From positions 5,260 through 69,259 of the forward strand of contig JALOCB010000003.1 in assembly GCA_023227985.1 (NCBI GenBank): a stretch of DNA of 64,000 nucleotides, in the 5' to 3' direction. Origin of the DNA: Candidatus Omnitrophota bacterium (GTDB lineage: Bacteria > Omnitrophota > Gorgyraeia > Gygaellales > Profunditerraquicolaceae). The translations under genes were made by a program, and so were the position numbers. Below are positions 15,901 to 22,774 of the stretch, one piece after another. A model generated the notes under the pieces. The model was not told the origin of the DNA and did no database searches. It saw nothing but the letters and a program-made list of their open reading frames with translations. The number at the start of each line of letters is the position of its first letter. The stretch's first letter is position 1.

Positions 15901-17302
15901 TTCGGTATTGGGTACAGTTTGGACCGAATTCCAGGAGATGCTGATCGTGCCCGTGGGCGCTAAAACTCACGCCGAAGGCGTGGCTATGGGAGATAAGATC
16001 GACCAGGAATTGAAGAAAATACTGAAAGGTAAATTCGCGGAAGCGGATATAATGCGTAAAGATGAAGCTGGTTTCGCGGTCAAAGGCCTGGGAAAAAGCG
16101 AAGACGCGATCGCTTATGTGGTACAGGCGATCAGGAACGCCGGCTATGAGCCCGGTAAAGACGTAAAGCTGGCTTTGGATGTCGCCGCGACCTCTTTCTA
16201 CGACGAGAAAGAGAATATATACAAGTTCCAGGGCCAGAAATTGACCTCAGCCGAGATGGTCGATTTTTACGTCAAACTGGTAAAGCAATATGACGGCCTG
16301 TTCCTTTCTATAGAAGACGGCCTGGCTGAAGAAGATTGGCAGGGATGGGTAGAGCTAACCGCGGCTATGAAAGAAAAAGGCGTCCTGACTATAGGCGATG
16401 ATCTGTACGTTACCCAGCACGGCCGGTTGAACAAAGGGCTGGCGATGAACGCGGCTACAGCGATCCTGATCAAGGTTAATCAAAATGGGACCCTGGGCGG
16501 AACTATCGATGTTATGAAGACCGCCAAGGCCAATGGCATTAAAGCTGTGGTATCGCACCGTTCCGGAGAAACTCTGGATGCCGGGATCGCGGATCTGGCT
16601 TACGCAACCCGGGCGTTCGGGCTTAAAACCGGGGATCCTCAACCTTTGGTTGATTTCCAGAATCCGAACGAACTGGTGCGCCGGGCTAAGTATGACAGGA
16701 TGATCGAGATCCAGAAACAAGAAAACATCCAAAATGACCCGGCATTATCCAGGCCTAAAGCGCTGTTGATCAATGCGGATTTTTTCAAATCCGGCGCGGT
16801 TAAGAACGCTGTGGCGGAAATAGCGAGATTAAACGGGAATATCAATGTGGTGATCTACGGAGATAATGCCGAAAAGCTAAAGACGCTGGTAGGAAATCCC
16901 GATATTATCGCGGTGCGGAGTTTGACTGCAGCTGTCTCTGAAATAGCTAACCGCGGGGTAAAATCTTCTCAGGATGCCGTTATTTTGACGCCTATGCCGT
17001 ATAGCTCGGAAACGTTTATTGTTCAAATCCGCAGCGGAGAAATAAGCACGCTGGCTTTGGCCAAGGCGGTAAAGCAGTTATTCAAGAACGACCGGATCAC
17101 CGCGGCTATGGATGAATTCTATAAATCGCTGGTTGATAACAAAGTGGTTTCCGAGCAGGACTACATAAATACAAGGGAAAAAATCCTAACGGATCTGATC
17201 GACGGTGTTTACAACCTGGGTGAGATTAAGTTGACAAAACAGGTATCTGATGTTATAGAAAAGGAGCGGCTGGTAACCGAAGAGTTCGTGGGTAAAGTGT
17301 AA
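12779..17302 (+). CDS. Giant glycolytic fusion protein 3: leader + triosephosphate isomerase + phosphoglycerate kinase + enolase + divergent C-terminal module
   Basis: 1507-codon ORF with GGAGGG 5 nt upstream of the ATG. TPI: SILGHSANR, AWEPAANIGTG, ILYGASV. PGK: LFRPDYNTP, NIHRAHASM, IIGGAMAYTFLKAQ, FWNGPMGAFE. Enolase: IKDSRGNNTV, VPAGASKGAAEA, KDEAGFA, IEDGLAEEDW, IGDDLYVT, LIKVNQNG, SHRSGET. Confidence 0.88.
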   Translation: MSRPSKNNSISKIISGVVIAQFIMSSIALRGYAGTDNLRPAPVKDSDRISVLADELQKDGGKLAEWIHILAENTIVGDAAKGSNVGMVIRLGKLVEENISGSILGHSANRKAYIKEVGAQIAEGLRLTGMEEKAIAAASRKIAFSRYDNIMNHRIQAMFQAGIREICLCVGSDKDKLTVEEEISDVLAQLQVSFADVSLEQIKKIIFHVAWEPAANIGTGTAVGPEKIKLVHQAIYEFFAEKYNTPSGYIGDVWGKSLKILYGASVDGKNVDGIMAVKEDKGMALVHGVLFASSGKKADGFLAVAEGVSRAAERDNAQYVCFVNLKEFARAEKDEALTFVVEIVRAIALGRIDPRHTILAIADQDVHLKEWQDAIVGRSVSMSDGGYAYVEGTNFKDKNVLFRPDYNTPASVKTDDQGNVLSIKISDASRIVDSFPALTKILKDKPKHVVVVVHFEPKVLNPATGKKDKKNLSTKVTADKLKELLPAEYKDKVIFLADSVNDNGIAAEAMRAIESYTDSEIIVLENIRFAKGEKKGAPELNDPKGVALRKQLSGLADEYVVDALGNIHRAHASMLPLPGVHKVMGSLVEKEIKVFNRILNPAHPYAGVNGGNKVEDKVDTMDVSLSTMQEGDAIIIGGAMAYTFLKAQDPTLKLGKSLVQADKVDLAKTILEKAARKKVRIILPVDHRISDKLAPGAAELVTEGLEVPDGYMAVDIGPKTEKIVAEVLSNAQTAFWNGPMGAFEDEAGGFNKGTYTVARELQKMGRSGRLAGIGGGETRMAAIKAGVTDADGVFMSSGGGSTQEYFAKKGNLPVIKNLENDETAQKNLVLAGKLGVEPADLARFEAADSSIYNALGDKLFNGYISQVRRLLPRFSTGQKLNGALSKAEVSAEVIKDSRGNNTVRATLKIGDIVTVGEVPAGASKGAAEAFAFPPKEIDRAIANVAKIQEILKNSGLDISKHSDLRKTEQLIIAAAGENFATLGANATVPISWALWRMAAALNNMELWEYIRINEPGVVGNDPVYFYMNIYNGGLHASGGDASVLGTVWTEFQEMLIVPVGAKTHAEGVAMGDKIDQELKKILKGKFAEADIMRKDEAGFAVKGLGKSEDAIAYVVQAIRNAGYEPGKDVKLALDVAATSFYDEKENIYKFQGQKLTSAEMVDFYVKLVKQYDGLFLSIEDGLAEEDWQGWVELTAAMKEKGVLTIGDDLYVTQHGRLNKGLAMNAATAILIKVNQNGTLGGTIDVMKTAKANGIKAVVSHRSGETLDAGIADLAYATRAFGLKTGDPQPLVDFQNPNELVRRAKYDRMIEIQKQENIQNDPALSRPKALLINADFFKSGAVKNAVAEIARLNGNINVVIYGDNAEKLKTLVGNPDIIAVRSLTAAVSEIANRGVKSSQDAVILTPMPYSSETFIVQIRSGEISTLALAKAVKQLFKNDRITAAMDEFYKSLVDNKVVSEQDYINTREKILTDLIDGVYNLGEIKLTKQVSDVIEKERLVTEEFVGKV
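12962..13648 (+). other. Domain: triosephosphate isomerase
   Basis: Candidates for all three catalytic residues are present: Lys in VGDAAKGSN, His in GHSANR, Glu in WEPAANIGTG (Glu codon 13412-13414). The C-terminal FASSGKKADGF resembles GGASLKxxxF. Confidence 0.7.
13931..15223 (+). other. Domain: phosphoglycerate kinase
   Basis: KNVLFRPDYNTP, LENIRF, GNIHRAHASM, GGNKVEDK, IIGGAMAYTF, VDIGPKT, FWNGPMGAFE, SSGGGST. Confidence 0.8.
15431..16708 (+). other. Domain: enolase (paralog of the stand-alone eno at 30393..31658)
   Basis: Motifs as listed for the CDS. Ser of SHRSGET is at 16553-16555. Confidence 0.85.
16751..17299 (+). other. C-terminal module, divergent third copy
   Basis: ALLINADFFKSGAV..INVVIYGDN..IIAVRS..AVILTP followed by a helical tail. 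Same strand/helix rhythm as copies 1 and 2 but low identity. Confidence 0.4.
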
Positions 17303-17330
17303 TTACCGCAGCTGATATAAAATGTTCTTT

Positions 17331-17386
17331 TAGAGGCCTCTGGAGAATTCCTATAAAGGATTATATCAGAGGCCTCTGATCTTTTG
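17331..17386 (+). terminator. Double-palindrome element / probable operon terminator
   Basis: AGAGGCCTCT at 17332-17341 and CAGAGGCCTCTG at 17368-17379 can pair with each other. The second is followed by TCTTTTGG. Confidence 0.4.
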
Positions 17387-17399
17387 GGGCCCGAATGAA

Positions 17400-18701
17400 A
17401 TGTTAAGGCGCATCAGGACAATTAAAAAAAAGGTTAAAATCATATTCTGCGCGGCAGCCGCGGTTTGTGCGGTTGTGTGTTTTTTACCGGTAACCTGCCA
17501 GGCGGGTATGGCGGGTAGTGAACAGATAAGCGCGCTAAGCTTAAAAGGCATCCAATGGGAGAGCCTGCCGGGCGGGGGGACGCGCTTAAAGATCTTTGCT
17601 GACGGCTTAAAGGCCGGAAGGTTTGAGCCATTGATCGATCCGGAAGAGTCCGGGCGCAGGTTAATGGATTTTTTTATCCTGGGTTTGAATGTCCGGGAAG
17701 ACAAATTCTGGGCCAATCTTACTCCCGGCGATCCGGATAATATCATTGACCCGGATTTGGCCGGGACGCCCTTAGGCGAGGTTATGCTCAGGGCGGACCT
17801 GAGATTGAAAAAAGATTTCTGTGAATTGACCAACCCGCAGTTTTCCCAGCCCGGCAAAAAATACTGGGCAGCCTTATCGGAAAAAGCGGCGGAACTGGGC
17901 ATTAAGAAAATACCCGCGATGAACCGCGTGTGGATAGTCCCGGAAGAGGCTGCGGTTTATGAGGCCGGAAACGGGGCTTATATAACCGAAAGCCGGCTTA
18001 AGGTCTGCCTGAAAATAAATTATTCAGCCGGTCTTCTTAAGGACGGCGGCGGTAAGGCGTACGGCGAACTTTCGGAGTATGCCGGAGAATTGGTAAGGGA
18101 TATTATTTTGCCTGAATTGGATAAAAGGGTTAATGAGGATTTCCTCTATGCTGACCTGAGGCAGGTAAATAGGGCATTGATACTGGCCAGATGGTATAAT
18201 AACAAATTCGGCGATGGCGGGGGATTTAATTTAAAAAATACCCTGACAGCATCGAGCCGGCCTGAGATAAACGCGGGCTTGCTAAAGAAACAGATATATG
18301 ATGATTACATGGATTCTTTGAGCAATGGCGAATATGTGGTCGTCGGGCCGTCAGGCTGGTCCAGCGCATTGGATTATTTAAGGCCTAAGAAACGTTATAT
18401 CAGCGGAGGTGTTGATTTGCGCAAAAGTCCGGCAAGGCGCAGCCCGGCGCCTGCGGCAGCCTGGCAAGGCCGGGATCCGCAGTTTACATTTTTAGTGGAA
18501 ATATCCGCGCAGGCAGTTATGTCCGCGGGAGATAAAAATAATGCGATAAATGATTTTTCCGTCATAGGAAATATCGGGGATAATAATGTAGAAGGGCTAA
18601 TCCGGGATTTGCCGGGAATATCGCCTTCGCGTAATAACCGGGATGCGGAAACCGATATAAATAAAGGCGTTATAAGCGATATGGTATTATATAGTTTATA
18701 A
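17400..18701 (+). CDS. Hypothetical exported protein (N-terminal signal-like hydrophobic segment)
   Basis: 433-aa ORF. N-terminus KKKVKIIFCAAAAVCAVVCFLPVTCQAG. I recognise no family motif. Confidence 0.5.
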   Translation: MLRRIRTIKKKVKIIFCAAAAVCAVVCFLPVTCQAGMAGSEQISALSLKGIQWESLPGGGTRLKIFADGLKAGRFEPLIDPEESGRRLMDFFILGLNVREDKFWANLTPGDPDNIIDPDLAGTPLGEVMLRADLRLKKDFCELTNPQFSQPGKKYWAALSEKAAELGIKKIPAMNRVWIVPEEAAVYEAGNGAYITESRLKVCLKINYSAGLLKDGGGKAYGELSEYAGELVRDIILPELDKRVNEDFLYADLRQVNRALILARWYNNKFGDGGGFNLKNTLTASSRPEINAGLLKKQIYDDYMDSLSNGEYVVVGPSGWSSALDYLRPKKRYISGGVDLRKSPARRSPAPAAAWQGRDPQFTFLVEISAQAVMSAGDKNNAINDFSVIGNIGDNNVEGLIRDLPGISPSRNNRDAETDINKGVISDMVLYSL

Positions 18702-18707
18702 AATATC

Positions 18708-18735
18708 TTTACAGCAGCGCGGTTTTTGTTATAAT
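18708..18735 (+). promoter_or_regulatory. Candidate sigma70-type promoter (TTTACA-16-TGtTATAAT)
   Basis: -35 at 18708-18713, extended -10 TG at 18727-18728, -10 at 18730-18735. Confidence 0.35.
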
Positions 18736-18826
18736 AAAAGCGAACGATAATAAGCCACGGCTATATCTTTTTATCTTTAAAAAAGGTTTTAAAAGTGAGA
18801 AGATATGGCCTTGTTTTTTACTATAA

Positions 18827-19549
18827 ATGGACATAAAAGAACGCAGGCAGGCAATAAGGTGGCAAATAAACAGCCCCGGGCAAATTGTTCTGGAGGACTG
18901 CCGGGCGTTAGTTAATTGCACTATACTTGATATAAGTTACCGGGGGGTCCAGGTATTGCTGGATAAACCTCTGGAGAATACCAAGTTATTCAAGATCAGC
19001 GTCGTACTTTCCGAGGAGTGCTACCTGGACAGCATCGACCTGCGCAGCGTCTGGCACAGGAAGGTTCCGGAAGGCGAGCTTTACGGCTTGTATTTTAACC
19101 GCATAAAAGACATAGATAAAGAGAAGATCTACAAATTTGTCTTTAAGCACGCACCAAGGCAAATACATCAACAGTGGTGGCAGGAATCTGACAAGGGGGG
19201 GGGTGAATCAATGGAAGATATGGGGACCAACGACAAGAGAGTCTTTGCGCGGTTTCCGGTGCAGATGGCTTTGAAATTCATTGATCTATTATCCAACAGG
19301 GAAGGCCAGGCGCATGCTTATGATATCAGCGCCAAGGGTTTGGGATTTATGGCGACCGAGGAATTAAAACCGCTTACACCGTTGGAGATGTGGCTACAGG
19401 TCCCGGATAAAGGGGAGCCGCTTTATACCAGAGGTGAAGTAGTCTGGTCAGAGATGGTCGAACCTAATAAATACAAGGCCGGGATCAATCTGGAAAGAGC
19501 GGACCTGATGGGTGTTTCCCGGGTTTTAAGGACCCTCAATACGATATAG
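18827..19549 (+). CDS. Tandem PilZ-domain protein (putative c-di-GMP receptor)
   Basis: Two RxxxR ... DxSxxG pairs: RRQAIRW/LDISYRG and KRVFARF/YDISAKG. Confidence 0.65.
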   Translation: MDIKERRQAIRWQINSPGQIVLEDCRALVNCTILDISYRGVQVLLDKPLENTKLFKISVVLSEECYLDSIDLRSVWHRKVPEGELYGLYFNRIKDIDKEKIYKFVFKHAPRQIHQQWWQESDKGGGESMEDMGTNDKRVFARFPVQMALKFIDLLSNREGQAHAYDISAKGLGFMATEELKPLTPLEMWLQVPDKGEPLYTRGEVVWSEMVEPNKYKAGINLERADLMGVSRVLRTLNTI

Positions 19550-19679
19550 TCTTGAGCTCAAGATCCCCACAGTAATAAAAGCCTTGACCAGGCAATTAAC
19601 CTGTGTTAAATTCGAATATTGTCTTCATTAGCCATTTCTGTAATATTCTGTTATCTCGTTCATATTTAGGAGGGGAATA

Positions 19680-20996
19680 ATGTTCAGAAACAGGGTCAGC
19701 TTCAAATCGTGGTCGGTTTTTTTAATGATTATCTTGGGTTTTTCCTGCCTTAGCGGATGCGCGGGCGAGAGCGGACAATCCGGTAAGTCTTTATTGATCT
19801 GGCATTGGATGACCGACAGGCAGCAGGCCTTTGACGAGTTGGCCAAAAGATACGAGGCTGCTTACGGAGTGAAAGTTAATTTTGATCTCTATGCGCCTTC
19901 GGACGCGTATTCCCAGAAAGTTCGGGCAGCTGCCCAAGGGGTTAATCTCCCTGATGTGTTCGGTATTTTAGCCGAAAAACGCGACTTTGCCGCGTTTGTC
20001 GAGGCCGGCCATATCCTTGACCTCACCTATTATATGGACGAGAACGCCGGCCAATGGCGCAATGTCTTCTTTGCCAAAGCCCTTCAGATAAATGAATTCC
20101 CCGCAGGCAACATTTATAAAGTAGCTCCGGGTATTTACGGCGTTCCCATAGATACTATGACCATACAGCTGGTTTATAACAAAGATCTGTTCAGGAAGAT
20201 GGGGCTTGATCCGGCAAAACCGCCGGTCACCTTCAGTGAATTCATCGGGATAGCCAAGAAAATAAAAGAAAATAACCTGCAGGGCCTGGTTTCAGGATGG
20301 GGTGAATACTGGCTGATTGATTGTTTCGCCAATAATTACGCCTTCAACCTTATGGGCCAGGACAAGGTCCTGGCTACCATAAAGGGGCAGGTCCCTTATA
20401 CCGATCCCGACTGGATTAAGGTTTTGGCCTTGTTCAAAGACATGCGCGATTCCGGCCTGTTGTATAGCGGAGCGATCGCTATGGTCAATAAGGACGCTGA
20501 GCAGGCTTTTGCCAATGAAAAAGCGGTTTTTGCTTTTAACGGCTCTTGGTGCGTGAATGTCTATAAGGAAATGAATCCTAAATTGAATTACGGGGTAATG
20601 CTTCCGCCTAAAATATCTGATAAATACCCGGTGAGCATCTGGGGAGGGGCAGGTTCTTCTTTTATGGTCAACGCCCGTTCGGCGAAAAAGGACGAGGCGG
20701 TAAAGTTCCTGAAATGGCTCACTGCCAAAGAACAGCAGGTTTATTTGTCGGAAGCGACTAATAATCTGCCGGCTAATAAAGAAAGCCTGAATACTATACC
20801 CAAGATCCTTTCCGCGTTCGCCAAGAACATAGATTACACCACCCATCCCAATATCTGGGGCGTGTCGGAGTTTCCTCTGGTGGTTGAGGCCCTGGATAAA
20901 GGGATACAGTCTATAATAATCGGGGAAAAGACCCCGGAACAAGTGGCCCAGGAAGTCCAAAGGACCAAGGAAAAAGAAATAGCGAAGAAGCGTTAA
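19680..20996 (+). CDS. ABC transporter sugar-binding lipoprotein (family 1 solute-binding protein)
   Basis: RBS AGGAGGGG. Signal with LSGC lipobox. Followed by two MalF/MalG-type permeases. Confidence 0.7.
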   Translation: MFRNRVSFKSWSVFLMIILGFSCLSGCAGESGQSGKSLLIWHWMTDRQQAFDELAKRYEAAYGVKVNFDLYAPSDAYSQKVRAAAQGVNLPDVFGILAEKRDFAAFVEAGHILDLTYYMDENAGQWRNVFFAKALQINEFPAGNIYKVAPGIYGVPIDTMTIQLVYNKDLFRKMGLDPAKPPVTFSEFIGIAKKIKENNLQGLVSGWGEYWLIDCFANNYAFNLMGQDKVLATIKGQVPYTDPDWIKVLALFKDMRDSGLLYSGAIAMVNKDAEQAFANEKAVFAFNGSWCVNVYKEMNPKLNYGVMLPPKISDKYPVSIWGGAGSSFMVNARSAKKDEAVKFLKWLTAKEQQVYLSEATNNLPANKESLNTIPKILSAFAKNIDYTTHPNIWGVSEFPLVVEALDKGIQSIIIGEKTPEQVAQEVQRTKEKEIAKKR

Positions 20997-21006
20997 GGTT
21001 TAGCCA

Positions 21007-21921
21007 ATGAAAGTCAAAGCTACTTTAGAAAACTATCTTTTTGTCCTGCCGGCTGTGGCGATATTCAGCGTTTTCTATGTCATCCCGTTCATTTGGGTAT
21101 TTCAGCTGGGGATGTATGAATGGAACGGGATATCCGTAAGCAGGGTGTTCGTCGGCTTAAGCAATTTCAAGGAAATACTTTTTGGCGATCCCGTATGGTG
21201 GCAGGCAATGCGCCAGGTCGGCTACATAACCCTGTTTGCCCTTACCTTCCAGAATGCCCTGGCTTTTATGCTGGCAATGGCCTGCGACCGCGAGATAAGG
21301 CTTAAGAATTTTTACCGGGTCCTGTTTTTCATCCCGCCGGTATTATCCGAGGTAGTTGTCGGCCTGGTCTGGAAATACATAATCCTGAACAGCGACGGCC
21401 TGGTGAACCACGGCATCGCCACTGTCGGCCTGACTAATTTCTTTAATTCCTGGTTATCCCTGCCTAATCAACCTTTTACCGGCAATTGGACATCGCATAC
21501 CAATACCGCGTTGACCTGCGTGGCCATTGTGCATTCCTGGAAAGGTTTCGGCTGGGGGTTTTTGATCTTCCTGGCCGGTTTGCAGGGCATCCCGCGCGAG
21601 CTTTACGAGGCGGCCAAGGTGGACGGCGCCAATTCCTGGGATTGTTTCCGCAAGATAACCCTGCCTTTGATGGTCCCGGTGATCGTATTGGTGGCCATAC
21701 TGACTATCCTGGGCACTATGCAATCTTTTGTCCTGATAATTTCCCTTATCGGCGGCGAACTTGCCGGCCACACTACCGTGCCGGTTTTAAGAATACTGGC
21801 TTCAATGCGCGGATCTTCGCGGTTCGGTTATGCCTGCGCGCAGGGCATAAGTTTCGGGGTAATATTGGTAATGATATCTTTTATCCAGTATAAGTTCTCC
21901 CAAAAGTTCAAACAGGCTTAA
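21007..21921 (+). CDS. Sugar ABC transporter permease (MalF-like)
   Basis: Multi-TM protein with EAA loop LYEAAKVDGANSWDCFRKITLP. Confidence 0.8.
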   Translation: MKVKATLENYLFVLPAVAIFSVFYVIPFIWVFQLGMYEWNGISVSRVFVGLSNFKEILFGDPVWWQAMRQVGYITLFALTFQNALAFMLAMACDREIRLKNFYRVLFFIPPVLSEVVVGLVWKYIILNSDGLVNHGIATVGLTNFFNSWLSLPNQPFTGNWTSHTNTALTCVAIVHSWKGFGWGFLIFLAGLQGIPRELYEAAKVDGANSWDCFRKITLPLMVPVIVLVAILTILGTMQSFVLIISLIGGELAGHTTVPVLRILASMRGSSRFGYACAQGISFGVILVMISFIQYKFSQKFKQA

Positions 21922-21925
21922 AAAA

Positions 21926-22774
21926 ATGAGATCGATCGCTTATTACAAAACAAAAAAGATATTCACCAACGTAATAATCCACATATTCCTTCTGTCGGTG
22001 GCCGTCTCCTGCGTATTCCCTTTGTTATGGATGGCGTCTTCGAGCCTTAAGACCCAGGAGACCATATTCAAGGATATGTCCATTGTCCCCAAGGAATTCC
22101 ATTTTGAGAACTACGTTGTTGCCTGGAAAGAAGGCGGGTTCGGAAGGTATTTCCTGAACAGCATATTTTATACCACTTCCGTGGTCGTCGGCATCATTAT
22201 CATTTCGTCCCTTGCCGCTTACGCCTTTTCCCGTTTCAGTTTTCCCGGGAAGAATTTTTTGTTTTACGTGTTTATGGCCGCGATGATGATCCCTATCCCG
22301 GGCAGCTTCGTGCCTTTATACGTCCTTTTGAATAAACTGCACCTGCGCAATACCGCGGTAGGTTATATATTGTGCATGATTAATGTTGGGCTATCCACCA
22401 GCATTTTTCTTTTAAAGACATTCTTCGACAAACTGCCGCATGAATTGGAAGACGCGGCCCGGATCGACGGATGCTCTAAATTCGGGATCTGGTGGCATGT
22501 GGCCCTGCCGTTGGCCAAACCGGTAATGGCCGTGGTTGTTGTTTTTAACGCGCTGAACGTCTGGAATGAATATGTCCTGGCGTTGATCATTTTTGACAGT
22601 AAAGGACTGATGCCTTTGCAGGTGGCTTTGACCACCTTCCAGGGGGAATTCATCACCCGCTATCCGCTGTTGATGGCCGGGCTTACAATAACGGCTTTGC
22701 CGATAATATTGGTCTATCTTTTAATGCAGAAATATATAGTCAAAGGCGTAACCCAGGGGGCTCTGGTAGGATGA
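21926..22774 (+). CDS. Sugar ABC transporter permease (MalG-like)
   Basis: EAA loop LEDAARIDGCSKFGIWWHVALP. Confidence 0.8.
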   Translation: MRSIAYYKTKKIFTNVIIHIFLLSVAVSCVFPLLWMASSSLKTQETIFKDMSIVPKEFHFENYVVAWKEGGFGRYFLNSIFYTTSVVVGIIIISSLAAYAFSRFSFPGKNFLFYVFMAAMMIPIPGSFVPLYVLLNKLHLRNTAVGYILCMINVGLSTSIFLLKTFFDKLPHELEDAARIDGCSKFGIWWHVALPLAKPVMAVVVVFNALNVWNEYVLALIIFDSKGLMPLQVALTTFQGEFITRYPLLMAGLTITALPIILVYLLMQKYIVKGVTQGALVG

